DNA of 64,000 nt, from the NCBI GenBank assembly GCA_951406725.2, contig OX597818.1:114886001-114950000 (forward strand), in the 5' to 3' direction. How positions within the stretch are numbered: the first letter of the stretch is position 1; every line of letters starts with the position of its first letter. The position numbers and the translations under genes were made by a program. The notes under the pieces are model-generated. The model was not told the origin of the DNA, did no database searches, and was given only the letters and a program-made list of their open reading frames with translations. This stretch comes from Octopus vulgaris (Eukaryota). Shown one piece after another: positions 43,101 through 58,137 of this stretch.

Positions 43101-45458
43101 ATATATTTCACTCTCTGCGCTTTGCACTCAAGCGAGCTTATGTGTATTTAACTCGGAACACATATTAAATTAACTAGTATAAGAGGTCATTTAGATTTCT
43201 ATCAGTTCACTATCGCTCTATCTATTTGAATTATAATATCCGTTTATTCCCTTTCTGACAACATTCAAACCGATGTTTTCATTCAACATATATATAAACG
43301 AATAGAATATAAAGTAGCATAATTTTTTTATATATATATATATATGGCACTACTGTATTAGAAATTATAAATCATATAAGGATTTATATGAATATATAAA
43401 GAAAGCCAGTCAAAAATGAATGAGAGGTCAGTACATTTTATTACCAAAAATATTTGTTCTGATTTATCATGATATATGTTCTTACGCTGTTGCTTGCAAA
43501 TTCTCTAAATCCCTGTCGACATTCGTTTTAACTGTCTGTTATGTTGTTCTGTAAATGTCTAAAGGATACCTATTTTCATCTGTCCAGTAAATATTTGGAG
43601 TTTCTAGGACTATAACTAAGAAATACAAATTTCGTGACAAAGTTTCCAATATTCTACTTCTGGCAAAAAAGGACATATTTTGATGTCAATATTAGATCAA
43701 TCCTGTATGTACATATCAATTTATGAGATAAAGAAAGATTATATGATTATCTCAGAATATACAAAGATGAATATATAAACATTGCTCACCCTAACTATTA
43801 AGATACTATGATGATGTATTATGTATGTGTATGTAATTATGTATGATGGAATTATGTATATGTATGTAAGATGCATATTTATGATGATGATGAGGTATGA
43901 GATGTTTATACGTATTATGTATGACATATGTATGATGATGTATGTATTTTAAGTATTATGTCTCAGAGTAGCTTTGTTTTATGTTTCTTCCATGATAGTT
44001 ACATAAGAATCCATATATAGTTTAAATGCTAAATTCGGAAAGCTGACTTTTACAGTTATGATATTATCTGGTTCTACATTTCTTCTCCTTTCGGAAATAT
44101 AGATGTTTTAGGATGTGTACATCCCACACCCTATAATTACAGTATAAACTAACTTTGCGGATATAATTGTAGATTTCTCAATAGTTCACATGATCTCTTT
44201 TAATTGATCTTACTATAATGTTAACATAGTAGTGTACAGTTGAAATTTATAGAATCAAAAAAAGGAAGGATGAACAAAAGAAATAATTATGACCAAGTTT
44301 AAAAATAAAAATATCTCTAAACTTATATATTCAAGCAAGGAATAAGAGAAAATAAAAGAAAAAGTTACATGTAATATGTTAAAGAGACATATATGTCTGT
44401 GTGACTATCTCTTGTATTATTTTGTATATATATATTATGTATGTATGTATATATTATATATATATATATATGTATGTGTGTGTTTGTGTGTGTGTGTGTA
44501 TGTATGTATGTGTGTGTGTGTGTGTGTATGTCGCGCGTGTGTGTATGTGTGTGCATATGTGTGTTATAAATTATTTATAGTTAAATTGATGTATATATAG
44601 ACCGATATGTTTTTCGTGTATGTATGATATATTTGTGTATATATATATGTATGTATATATATGTATATATATATTATGTGTGTGTGTGTGTGTGTATGTG
44701 TATTATGATGTGTGTATGTGTGTATGTATATGTGTGTGTGTGTATGTATGTATGTATGGTGAATGTATGTAAGCATCATGCAAGCATTAATTATTTGTTT
44801 ATATGTTATCTGGCATGCCCTATGATATATATAGAGAGTTATTGTCTGAAAGTAGAATACATTTTAAGCTCTTCACTATATCCATCTTCAAAGATATAAA
44901 GTCTTTTGGAGAAGCTTAGTAAGAAAGTGTTGAAAATATTCATTTCCGAAATTAATATCATAAACTTTGTTACTACCTCTTCACCAATGTGTCACACACA
45001 ACATATACAAACTACAAAAACAACTGTATATCCTGTCTGTGAATCTTACAGCCTTTTTTTCTTTTCATGACACACCACTTCTATATTATGTTGTTCTATG
45101 TATATTATCTTTTATTTTCTTCCAGTCATTAGATGGCATCCACCATGTCACTTCTTAGTCGACTATACTTATTCTTAAGTAGTACTTATTCTTATCTTTC
45201 CTCGAATACAGCATATTTGCTTGTATAATCTGCATGTCACGCAGAAAAAGAAAGAACACAAACATATACAACATTCATACACAGATACATACATTTGCTT
45301 CTATTTCCGACCATATCTTTTCGCATCATAGAAACATACTTCTATATTGAAGCCGCCGAATCTATCTATCTATCTATTCCACAGATCCTAATATTTTATT
45401 TCTTTTATATATATATATATTTTATTTCTACAAACAAACACCACACATAATTGACAGA

Positions 45459-45489
<31 letters not shown>

Positions 45490-47610
45490 GTGTGTGTATG
45501 CTAATACTGCTTTTTTTATGCTCAGCGACGTTCCTATCAGTGTTTGCCAGACAGCTCGTATGTGTGCGTAATACTGTGACAAATTGCTGAGAAAATCCTA
45601 CCTCTTTTTATTCAAGCAGTAGATGGCTGTTGCTACTGACCAGTTTGTAAATAATATTTACTTTCGTTATAAATAACAAAAAATATTAAAAAAGAACCAT
45701 TGGTAATATTTAACATCATCGTAAGAATAAAGTTACTTCCCTTAAAAAAATATGATGAAACTGAAAAAAATGATGAAAGTATCGATCTATGTGAGCGTAA
45801 TAGCTATATAACTGTCTACAAATAGTTTGTCTGAAATTAGTTCATCTAAAGTAAGAAAAAACATTTGGTTATATAAATATTTATCAGATAACGTTAAAGG
45901 CCCAATATCAAGTTCTGATAAAGGAATTTGGACAGATATATATATCACAAGTTTCAGCAAATATTCATATGGTTCGTTATATCATATTATGTTTGAATTC
46001 GTGTGCAATAACATATTTATTCGTCAATAAAATTTCGAGACCTAGAGCAACAAAAGAATAAATAATGAAATAAAATAGAAGAAAAAAGAGATAAAAATAA
46101 AAGAAAAAATTTTACATGTAAATGTTCGCTGTTGTACCATTACTTCATAACAATAAACGCGTCCATTTAAGTAATAACTGTTTACTTAGCATAGTGCGCC
46201 TGATAGAGAACATGATTTACTTATTAAACATAACACTACCTACGTAGTGCATGTGTGATGTTCGTTTTCTCATCATTATTACATTTCAGGAATATTGCTA
46301 TATCACATTCAATATATGTATTATATATAAAACATTATAAACATATATATGCATAGCTTACTTATTATAAAACAACAACTTAGTAATGCATAACATACAG
46401 GCAAAATTAGAGAGAGAGAGATAAAAAAAAATAAGAGTAAGTATATGCTATGAAATCTTTGAGATGAGTGCCTTAGAAACAAATAGTATTCAGATTAACA
46501 CATTATTGAATCCAGGGATGGGGCGACAATTCTAATATTACCCTATCATTGTATCAAACTGATTCTTCTGTGGCTGGATTTTTCCTTATCTTACAAGAAT
46601 ATCTTAAAAGTATATATTATACATAAATATACTTCTAAATTTGTCCCCAGGAGCACACCGAAAACACACACACACAAACCCATATATATCTCCATTGGAT
46701 CTTACTGGTGGCATCTTGTGTGCAAGTCTGACTATAGCCTGGGCCGACCAAACCTAATTTAAGATTAAACAAGCTTCTATATATGTATATATCTGTGTGT
46801 GTTTGTGTGTTGGTTTTAAAAGCTTGACAATACTGTTTTGTTTCTCCAGACGTACGGTTCCAAAAAGGACCGATAGAATAAGACTATGTGTTTCAAAGAA
46901 TAACGTCTTTCAAAACTGAGTCACATGCACATCATGCTCAAGCTCATGAAGTCCACGACGTTTCGGATGCACAACAAACTTGTAAATTTATTGAAATTAT
47001 ATATTCTGACATTATTTAATTTGCTCAAGCAAAAATGAATTCATTATTCATTTCTCCGTTACCTCTCTTACTTTTGCTCACTCTGAAATTTTACAAATAT
47101 TTGACCTGAATGCTAACTAATCTTGTTCGGCATGTATGTATCTATATGTTCATTGCTATTTGGTTTTAATTTGTCTATACATAAGTACACTATGTATTGG
47201 AGTGTATCTCCTTTCTGTTCAAAACTTGAAATAATATATGTCCACAATCACTTCTATCTATTATAAACACATGCTAGTGGTCTTATATTCGATCAACTTT
47301 TGTTTACAAAGAGCCTCTAAAACCAATTTTGTACTAAACTGGAAATGTAGCTTACAGATATTATAGATTATTTGAAACAAACAGGATAGGTATGGATGTT
47401 TATATAAGATGAAATGTATAAAGTAACACAACGTGTTGCATCGACCATATCAAGACAAACATGGCATTAAGAGAGCAAATCTCCTGTAGTTTAGATTGAC
47501 TCCACATATAATTAGTTATCCTAGTAGTAGCATAATGTGTGTGTGGCTTTAAGAATATGTGTGTCAGAGAAGAAATGTATGCAAAACTCTTGCCATATAT
47601 ATATATATAT

Positions 47611-47658
<48 letters not shown>

Positions 47659-48103
47659 TAATAATAAATATTAGGAATAACACCAACACTTACAAAAATC
47701 AGATTTGTTGGTAATTTATAGTAATATTATATTATATTAAATTATATTAAATTAGAGACAAAACCACTGAATAAACTGAAAAATTATCAACCGATGCTGG
47801 TAAGTTATTATCACAGTAACTAGCGGTTCGGAAAAGAACGTAAAATAATCCTAGGCTTACAAAGAATAAGTTCGTATTTTACCAAAGGCGGTACGTGCAA
47901 CAATATATATCGAATAAATTGTATAGAGTATATATGACAATATATATATATATATTGTTGTATGAGTGTGTAGGACGTGTCAAAGAAATTCTTTTGTTTT
48001 TTTAATAATTTTGTTACATATTAAAATAATATAACTTAATCATATGTATTGGCTTAAGTTCTTCATTGTTTGAATTTGCCTAATAGTGGTTATGTCTCTA
48101 ATT

Positions 48104-48155
<52 letters not shown>

Positions 48156-49331
48156 TAGTAATGCAATACTAGAGTATTGCTTTCCCAGTAAAGAATAGCT
48201 CAGAGGGAAAATATATACAAAGAAGTAAATATATGGCACAACGAAGTACCGATATTTACTGGAAATAGCGTAAATGTAATAATACGACGCCAATGTATAG
48301 CTTCACCGCGTATGTACTAGCAAAAATGCGTGTGCAACAAACTAGAAAAAATTGTCTTACCTCCAGGGAGAACATCTGAAAGATGAAATACCTGGAAAAG
48401 GATAATGTGGGACCTGCGCAGGTTTCAGATTTTTCAAGATATGTCTGCACCCATATACTTGATCTATCTTCATCAGCCAAACATATGCCACGACAACATT
48501 TCAGATGTTACCACATTAATGCCATTACACTCCAACTGAAACGCCGAAACGCTAACAGCATCGAGAACGGTGAAGAAGTTTCAATAAATTAGTAATGCAA
48601 TACTAGAGTATTGCTTTCCAGTAAAGAATAGCCCGTAAGGGAAAAATATACAAGAAGTAAATATATTTTTGCTAGTAATATTACTGCCGGTGAAGCTATA
48701 CATTAGCGTCGTATCATTACGTTCGCTATTTCAAGTAAATATCTTTTATTCATATATATGTGTGTGGAGGCGTGTATTTGTGTTATGTGTGTGTATGTAT
48801 ATATATATACATATGTGTGTGTGTATGTGTGTAAATACACAGTATATGTTTGGCTGATGAAGATAGATCAAGTTTATGGGTGCAGATATATCTTGAAAAA
48901 TCTGAAACCTGCGCAGGTCCCACATTATCCTTTTCTAGGTATTTCATCTTTCAGATGTTCTCCCTGGAGGTAAGACAATTTTTCTAGTTTGTTGCACACA
49001 CGCATTTTTGCTAGTACATACGCGGTGAAGCTATACATTAGCGTCGTATTATTACGTTCGCTATTTCCAGTAAATATCGGTACTTCGTTGTGCCATATAT
49101 TTACTTATATATATATATATATATATATGTTTATATATATATAGTATATATATTGTATGTGTGTTGTATTTGTGTGTGCTTTGTCTCTAATTGGACGATG
49201 CTGGTGTTTTCCCGTACTTGCTTCGGCAAAAGAGACCGATGTTGTACTGTTTACAAAAGAATTCCCGGTCGATTTCCACACGGTGCTAGCATGTCAAATG
49301 TCAAATAACTGAAAAGTGAGATATACACTAT

Positions 49332-49363
<32 letters not shown>

Positions 49364-50496
49364 ATATATATCTGATTGAGTGCAATATATACTGTGGATA
49401 TAAGTGGGTTACATCTTTGGTGTTTATGATAATAATTTTGTCTAGAGAGAGGAGATCTGAAAGAGAAATAGTATCTGTTCAGAGAATCAGTATTTCATAC
49501 TCATTGAAGATTGTGAAAAATTTCTGAATGTTGTAATACGAGAAAATTTTAACAAAGCTAAATTTTCTTGTATCTATATTCACATTGTTAAATATCATTT
49601 TATGAAATTTTTTTTAAAATTTGTTTCAGTTGTCAACATATGTTACGCACAAATGACGTATATTGTTTTCTACTGGGTAAAATGTCAAACTTTGAATAAT
49701 TTTACATTTTTCTAAAGAATTGCTTTCATTTGAAATTGTTTGCATTTTATTTTATTGTTTTAGTGAAGAAGATACCAAGTCTGGTCGCCTTTTTGTGCAG
49801 TAAGGATTTGAAAGATTTGTTTTTTGTTCGTTTGAATGTATAAATTTCAAACAATCATGAAGCAAAACATACTTACCATAACATGTATCATTAATTGAAT
49901 ATTTTTCAGAATTTCTTCTTCGATGGATCTGTGCATTATAAAACAAGATATTTGTAAAGTAACTTGTGCCCTATTGAAGACAAATTATACACGCACATTA
50001 AACACAGTTCTTCATGAATAAAAAAATATAAGATGGATATTATTATATGTAAAAAAAAAAAGAGGCTTTATATTTTCAACCACAGGAAAATAGATACTAT
50101 GAAACTTACAAAATATATATATACATATATATATATATTAACAATGGTGTGCTTTTTTTACACAAAGGCGTTTAAAATAGCTATCGTTTCAGGGATATGA
50201 TAAAGAGTGAACACACAAAGACATAGGATATCTTATTGCAATATTAAAGTCCGATGAAATTTTGTTTACAAAACGAAATAAAGTTGAATTCATAAAGGGC
50301 AAAAGCATTGTAAAGATGTTTTATTACATTGTAGTTGATATAAATTGTAAATATCAACGACATCAGCACAGAGATCTTTCTTATTAATAACAATATGTTC
50401 TTCAACTGTTCTTATTTTCATATCAACTGAAATCTTATACTAGATTATAGTATTTTTTGGTGTGTTTATTCCATAGTGTATAGTGCGCATGTCTCT

Positions 50497-50527
<31 letters not shown>

Positions 50528-50994
50528 TTGTGTTGTACTGTGTGTGTGTTATATAAGGCAATTCTTTAGCAATTATATCCCGCCGTATAAATTATATCGA
50601 TGTGTTTGTGTTTAATTACAAAGGTAACACATTCGGAATTTGCTCAAAAGCGATAAAAGGAAATAGTTTATTGAAATAAATGTCGTTGCATTTTCAGTCT
50701 TACGATTAGACAGCGTAATAAAAGAATTTCAATCTTATATGTAACAAAATCACTAAAGTAATTTATTTTTGTCATTTTTTACTTCATCTATCTTTGTTTT
50801 CCTTTCGTAGTGTTTCATATTTTTGTACAATGGTCGCATCTTGTCCATTTGAAATTATTAAATCTTTATGTATTTTTAGAATGCAACGTATAATATACAC
50901 TTGTTATATATATAATTTATATATAAATGTATGTATGTTTATGAGCTTGTGTCCAAACACATTTAGCATTTATGTTCACACACGTATATATATT

Positions 50995-51029
<35 letters not shown>

Positions 51030-51910
51030 GAGAGAGAGAGAGAGAAAAAGTATATATATATATATATATATATTACTGTTTTTATACAACTATATATCTT
51101 TGGATTAATGTGTTTGTCAGTTATTATATTTATTACATATAAGCATATGATATATATATATATGTAATATTTATATATATATATATATATATATATTTCA
51201 TTTTATTATATACATACACACAAACACACATACATTCTTTACATATATATTTTAACATACACAACACACACACCATATTTTTAAAATCTTAATTCTCAGA
51301 ATATCCAGTGTTGCATTGGACTCTAAGGAACAAAATAAAGGCTCCAAGTATTTTCGTTTCAGCATAATTTCTGTCACCTAAAAAAACAGTTTAATTTATC
51401 TAATAGCAACAAAAAGTACCCTCTAGGCAGTACTTTCTGGTAGGTGAATATTCAGATAGTATCTATAAAATAAAAATAAAATATGTTTTTTAAATAGTTG
51501 TAATACATTGTAATTATACTTAAACTTTTGTATTTATTCTGAAAAAATATCATATACATATATAATACAAGTTCAAGTGATACGTCTTTTTTTTAGAAAT
51601 AAAATGTTTAGGGAAGAATGAGAACTTTGTAGAAATATATTTCGTCTCTGCATCACTTTTCTGATATCTGGAATTTAGAAGAGCCATAATAGATTACTGT
51701 ACGCACTGTCTATTCTATTCCCATCATCTGTATATCTTGTATGCAATAATTCACTTCAAACATTTGGAAAAGATAAATATCACTATGTCGGTCCAAATAC
51801 AATTTTAATATGAAGCAGAATACACACATTTCATCTGTATATTTGTGAAGTTTCAAGATATATTTACCGAATAAGATTAATACGGTAAACGAGGGGACAA
51901 ACAAATTGTA
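43100..51910 (-). repeat. degraded inverted copy of 51950-64000+ (probable fold-back read artefact)
   Basis: Colinear reverse-complement anchors: 43700~64000, 44120-44260~63300-63460, 47400-47600~58750-58970, 48100-49100~57120-58130, 50850-50940~53690-53800, 51320-51390~53030-53110, 51886-51904~52090-52110. The left boundary is approximate. Confidence 0.85.
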
Positions 51911-51952
51911 CTATACCGTTTGTGTCTGCATGCTTGTTTAATGCAAGAAATT

Positions 51953-52670
51953 GGTATTTCGCCCGTCGCTACGTTCTGAGTTCAAATTCCGCCGAGCTTG
52001 ACTTTACCTTTCATCCTTTCGGGATCGATTAAATAAGTACCAGTTACGCACTGGGTTCGATGTAATCGACTTAATTCCTTTGTATGTCCTTGTTTGTCCC
52101 CTCTGTGTTTAGCCCCTTGTGGGTAGTAAAGAAATAGGTATTTCGTCTGCCGCTACGTTCTGTACAGTTGCGTACTGGAGTCAATCTAATCGTCTAGCTC
52201 CTTCACCAAAAATTTCGGGCCTTGTGCCTAGACTAGAAAAGAATCGTTAGCACGCTGGACGAAAAACTTAGCGGTATTTCGCCTGCCGCTACGTTCTGAG
52301 TTCAAATTCCACCGTGGTCGACTTTGCCTTTCATCATTTCGGAGTCGATTAAATAAGTACCAGTTACGCACTGGAGTCGATATAATCGACTTAATCCGTT
52401 TGTCTGTCCTTGTTTGTCCGCTCTGTGTTTAGCCCCTTGTGGATAGTAAAGAAATTGGTATTTCGTCTGCTGTTACGTTCTGAGTTCAAATTCCGCCGAG
52501 GTCGACTTTGCCTTTTATCCTTTCGGGGTCGATAAATTAAGTACCAGTTGCGTACAGGGGTCAATCTAATTGACTGGCTCCCTCTCCCAAAATTCCGGGC
52601 CTTGTGCCTAGACCAGAAAAGAATCGTGAGCAGGCTGGACGGAAAACTTGGCGGTATTTCGCCCTCTCCG
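51953..52670 (+). mobile_element. SINE family B multimer (alternating tails)
   Basis: Units alternate between the TTAATCC..AAAGAAAT tail and the AAAATTTCGGGCCTTGTGCCTAGAC tail. Confidence 0.9.
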
Positions 52671-53321
52671 CTTCGTTTGCCGTTATTTCCCTTGAACCAT
52701 TTCCTATTTCTAAGAAAGCACGAGTACAAGTATACGCGAACTTATTGATTATATATGCAATCATTTATATTGCTTTTCAGATATAAACTTTACAAACAGC
52801 ATTGTATAAATTGGGGCACAATGTGTTACATCAATCCATACCAATAAAAAACCCACACTTAAGAGAGTAGATTGTTTGTTACAGACGTTCTCTTCAAGCG
52901 GCTACGTTCCCAATTCAGTCCAATATGTTGCAATATCTGCCATAAGATTAAGCGGAACAATATCTTGTTTGTTTGTTTGTTGTTCTTTTTTATTGTTGTT
53001 TTGGGGTGGATTTTTCTTGTTTTTTTTTAGAGTCAATTTGGTAGACAGAAATTGTGCTGAAACCCAATAAAATATCACATTGGATGGCCTTTTGCATTTT
53101 GTTCCTTAATCTACCTTATCGTTCTCCCAATTCTGCTGAATCGACTTCTATACATTCATGGTTACTGTTCTGTATGAATGCTTATATGTGTAGTTAAGTT
53201 ACGTTTTAGAGAGAACGATTTACTATATAGATGTGTGTGTGTGTGTGTATGTATGTATATATATATATGTATTTATTTATATATATGTATGTGTGTATGT
53301 GTGTATGTATGTATATATATA

Positions 53322-53389
<68 letters not shown>

Positions 53390-53554
53390 CATACATATGC
53401 ATGTATATGTATATATATATATATATAATTAACTGCGACAGAAGCAACATTAATGCCAAAAGATAACTACCATAAGGAGTTGTGGAGCATAAAAGCACTC
53501 GTCATATATATATATATATATATATATATAGCTTTCTCTCTCTCTCTCTCTCTC

Positions 53555-53601
<47 letters not shown>

Positions 53602-54386
53602 ACATATATATGTACGTGTGTGTGTATACATGCATATAAATGTATATATTTGCATGTATATATGTGTGTATATAAGCATACATACATACATACATACATT
53701 TATATATAAATTATTTAGAACAATTGTGTGTATTATAATGCGTTACATTACTGGAAATTGATACTCAATGACATTAATTAGTACAATTTAATAATTTCAA
53801 TTGCTAGAGATAAGGAAATGGAAGACGGCAATATTATTGAGAAACGACGAGTGATGTGAAAGGTGAGCGAGACAGCTGGAGTGGAGAAAGTTTTAGCTTA
53901 AGATGACGCTCTGAGGAAGGAAGTTTTAAACAAGAGAAGATAGGTCGGGAGTGAGGAAAATGGACAGCGGAAGGAGAGAAAGTTCAGAATTGCACATTAT
54001 ATGCGTTTGATTATATGTTCAGCAGATATAATGCAGTTGAAATGGTACTATGTCTATAAGGTGAGGCGGCAATCTATCAGAATCGTAAGCACGTCGGCCA
54101 AAGTGCTAAGCGACATTTATCCCGAATTTACCTTCTGAGTTCTGAGTTCAAATCCCAAATGTTTGGCGGCATTTTATCCGTCTTTAGGTTCTGAGTTCAA
54201 ATTCCACTGAGGTTGACTTTGCCTTTTCATCCTTTGGGGGAATTCAATTAACACACAAACACTGAAAGATACAGAAATTGTACCAAATTTTCGGGTCCTA
54301 ATGCAACAGCAGCACAGTGGGGTGAAAATATGGGGCTGAGGGGAAGGCAGTACTGCTGCTAATAACTATGACACACACACAAGTAT

Positions 54387-54419
<33 letters not shown>

Positions 54420-54519
54420 CACACACACACTTACACACAGAAACACGGACGCAAACACATGCGCACATAAGGATACACATCATAGAAGATCAAAATGGTG
54501 TGAGTGGAGCAAAAGCACA

Positions 54520-54720
54520 CACGAAAACGAAAAGTGCCGCTGAAGAGGTCACAGATGTGTGATGAAAGATTTCCGGACAATGGACATGAGTGAGACTAAG
54601 AACAGTAATAAACGAGTGAAGAACGAATATATAGTGCGTGTGTTTATTTGGCGAAAAAGAATGACCGTCCCGAAATACAACAATGATTTAATTATCGTTA
54701 TTGATTTACGTGGTATATAT
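54520..54720 (+). mobile_element. family H2 repeat with hammerhead-like motif
   Basis: CTGAAGA (54540-54546)-G-GTCACA-GATG-TGTGAT-GAAA (54564-54567); homologous to 34140-34345. Confidence 0.6.
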
Positions 54721-55114
54721 ATTTTTTTTCTTTTAAGTCGGTGAGATGGCAGACTCGTTAGCAGCTAAACAAAATACTTAGCTCAGCAGCATTTCATTTG
54801 GCTTTACATTCTGAGTTAAAATTCCAGGAAGATTGACTTTAACTTTCGTCTTTACGGGGTCGGGAAATAACCCCACCCCCACCCGTCAATACTGGGGTCG
54901 ATAAAATCGAGAAGGCCACGCCCCTAGGATTTCAGACCTCGTGCCTAGAGTTGAAAGGATCATCGTATATTCAACTAAGACGCCGAGCTGTCTGAAACGT
55001 CAACATGTCGGTCAAAATGCTTAGCGGCAGTTATTCTGCATTTACATTCTAAGTTCAAATTCCACCGCGTTTGACTTATCTTTACGGGTCCCTCAACCGA
55101 AAACTTAAGGCTTC

Positions 55115-55214
55115 CTCGACTCCAGGACTTATTCTTTTTAAGCCTGGTACTTATTCTATCGGTTGTCAAGCGATGTTGGGGGTACAAACATACACACACA
55201 CACACACACGCATA

Positions 55215-55249
<35 letters not shown>

Positions 55250-55410
55250 GGCGGCCTTCTTTCAGTTGCCGTCTACCAAATCCACTCACAAGGCTTTGGT
55301 CGGCCCGAGGCTATACTAGAAGACAGTGGTCCAAGGTGCCATGCAGTGGGATTGAACCCGGAACCATGTGGTTCGGTAAGCAAGCTACTTATCACACAGC
55401 CATTCCTGTG
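55115..55410 (-). mobile_element. SINE family A with internal deletion
   Basis: Head and middle match family A. Confidence 0.8.
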
Positions 55411-55669
55411 CCAATATATATATATATATATACATATGTATGTATCATGCTTTTATGGGAGTGTGTATGTATATTCTTTGCAGTTCTATATTCGCTTGTG
55501 TAATAATGTAGTACGTGTATATATATTTGCGCAGGACCGCCATAGACTATCTTCCTTTTTCCTGCTTAATTGTAATTATATTTATGTTTGTTGTGTAACT
55601 TACTGAAGAATTCTTTGATGCCATGCAGAATAGATCGTCCATCTTTTAGTTTTATAATGATTTCATGCA

Positions 55670-56030
55670 TATATTGGTTTATCAGATAAATTCTTTCGTT
55701 TCTTTTGAACATTATTTGAATTGACACGAAAAATAATTTGAATTAACAGGAAAAATATTTCATTGCAGTGTTTTATGGGGTTGGAAGGTGTATTCTTTCT
55801 CAACACCATTTGCTTATTGTTTTTTGAAATTTGGATACATTTAACCTTTTCAGACATGCGAAGATGAAACGACAAGTAGCATTTTCAATATTTGTTTCCT
55901 TCCACTGTCATTCAAGTTTCCAAAGCTGTCAGAGCCACTGGAAACATTTGTGCTGTGTTCGGAGAAGATGCTTCGGATCTAGTTGCTTTATTGCTGCCAG
56001 CATTTCAAAAATTGAAGTTTATTGAAAATT
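55670..56030 (+). mobile_element. decayed mariner transposon 5' part
   Basis: Peptide SKAVRATGNICAVFGEDA resembles the mariner N-terminal HTH motif KAAEAARNICAVYGEDA. TIR-like TATTGGTTTATCAGATAAATTC lies upstream. Confidence 0.55.
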
Positions 56031-56379
56031 TTAAAATTTGGCAAATTAATGTAGTTTTCCAAACTGAATTGCTGGAGTTGTTTCAATTTCTCCAGGAAAA
56101 TGTTTTAAAAAATTATAGGTCTAAAGTTTGATCATTTTTACCCAGTCAGGAAACAGGATATGGAAGCTGTCATTTTGTGCGTAACAGCACGTGTTGACAA
56201 CTGTAAACAAGTCAAATTTTGCTCTACGCACGCATATAATCTCTCATAACTTTATTTATTTTTTGATATTTCCAGAAGAATTTTGCGAATGTGTATTCTA
56301 CACATGGGAATTCATGCAATTGTCGAATGATAAAACAAAAGAATTGCTTTGTTAAAATTTTCTAAGCAAAGTAATTAAA

Positions 56380-56710
56380 ACAAGGGCACTCAGAGAGCGC
56401 AAACCTCCGCCAAGCAACACCAACGTCTTCTCAACGATTAGCCAGAGATGATTTTTAAAATGAGAATATCTGAAATAAACTCGATTGCCCTCATAAACGA
56501 GAATACTAAAATGAACCTGACCGCTCTCAAAAACTAAGTAAAAAATAAACAGGAAAAATAATCCAGAATCCTTGTCTGGTACCGGATTGATCCCAAAATC
56601 TAATCAGTTCGTGCCAGTCACAAGGCCAAACATCTCCGAAAGTTTTATCCGAATCCATCCAGCAGTTCTTTGAGATATCTTATCCACGGACAAACAAACA
56701 CGACTGAAAT
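56380..56710 (-). mobile_element. Helentron-associated (DINE/HINE-like) non-autonomous element
   Basis: Terminal ACAAGGGCACTCAGAGAGCGCAAACCTCCGCCAAG (short hairpin plus CCTCCGCC sub-TIR-like motif) and ATCCATCCAGCAGTTCTTTGAGATATC..ACAAACAAACAC resemble this class. Confidence 0.5.
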
Positions 56711-56725
56711 CAATAAATCGAAAAG

Positions 56726-56769
56726 AAAACAAAAGAATTTCTTTGACACGCCTACACACTCATACAACA

Positions 56770-56828
<59 letters not shown>

Positions 56829-57006
56829 CATATATACTCTTACTTCTTTCAGTTATTTGACTGTGGCCATGCTGGAGCACCGCCTTTAGTCGAGAAAATC
56901 GATCCCAGGACTTATTCTTTGTAAGCCTAGGACTTATTTTATCGGTCTCTTTTGCCGAACCGCTAAGTTACGGTGATGTAAACACACCAGCATCGGTTGT
57001 CAAGCG
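56726..57006 (+). repeat. segment duplicated at 58239-58478 (includes a SINE A tail)
   Basis: Near-identical except for (TA)n length. Confidence 0.9.
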
Positions 57007-57043
57007 ATGTTAGGAGGACAAACACTGACACACAAACATACGC

Positions 57044-57075
<32 letters not shown>

Positions 57076-57121
57076 AAACACACACACACACACACAAACA
57101 TATATATATATATATATATAT

Positions 57122-57389
57122 AAAGAAGTAAATATATGGCACAACGAAGTACCGATATTTACTGGAAATAGCGAACGTAATAATACGACGCTAATGTATA
57201 GCTTCACCGCGTATGTACTAGCAAAAATGCGTGAGTGCAACAAACTAGAAAAAATTGTCTTACCTCCAGGGAGAACATCTGAAAGATGAAATACCTGCAA
57301 AAGGATAATGTGGGACCTGCGCAGGTTTCAGATTTTTCAAGATATGTCTGCACCTTAAACTTGATCTATCTTCATCAGCCAAACATATG
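57122..57389 (-). mobile_element. inverted partial copy of the 429-bp retrozyme-like unit, including the hammerhead (57311-57382)
   Basis: Reverse complement of about 57749-58017. Confidence 0.85.
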
Positions 57390-57572
57390 TGTGTATTTAC
57401 ACACACATACACACACACACACATATGTATATATATATATACATACACACACACTGGCACACACAAATACCTCCTCCACACACATATATATGAATAAAAG
57501 ATATTTACTTGAAATAGCGAACGTAATGATACGACGCTAATGTATAGCTTCACCGCGTATGTACTAGCAAAA

Positions 57573-58079
57573 ATATATTTACTTCTTTGTATATTTTTCC
57601 CTTACGGGCTATTCTTTACTGGAAAGCAATACTCTAGTATTGCATTACTAATTTATTGAAACTTCTTCACCGTTCTCGTGCTGTTAGCGTTTCGGCGTTT
57701 CAGTTGAGTGTAATGGCATTAATGTGGTAATCTGAAATGTTGTCGTGGCATATGTTTGGCTGATGAAGATAGATCAAGTTTATGGGTGCAGACATATCTT
57801 GAAAAATCTGAAACCTGCGCAGGTCCCACATTATCCTTTTCCAGGTATTTCATCTTTCAGATGTTCTCCCTGGAGGTAAGACAATTTTTTCTAGTTTGTT
57901 GCACTCACGCATTTTTGCTAGTACATACGCGGTGAAGCTATACATTAGCGTCGTATTATTACGTTCGCTATTTCCAGTAAATATCGGTACTTCGTTGTGC
58001 CATATATTTACTTCTTTGTATATTTTTCCCTCACGGGCTATTCTTTACTGGAAAGCAATACTCTAGTATTGCATTACTA

Positions 58080-58085
<6 letters not shown>
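57573..58085 (+). mobile_element. retrozyme-like element, 429-bp monomer with 84-bp terminal redundancy
   Basis: 57573-57656 is repeated at 58002-58085, then (TA)n. Internal canonical hammerhead; no coding capacity. Confidence 0.85.
57757..57828 (+). ncRNA. type I hammerhead ribozyme, canonical core
   Basis: TGG-CTGATGA-AGAT..TCAAG..CTTGA..ATCT-GAAA-CCTGCGCAGG-TC-CCA; predicted cleavage after C57825. Confidence 0.85.

Positions 58086-58130
<45 letters not shown>

Positions 58131-58137
<7 letters not shown>

Noticed and set aside
48408-48922. Two more hammerhead copies
   Set aside because: They are mirror images of 57311-57828 within the probable fold-back artefact, so they are not counted as independent.
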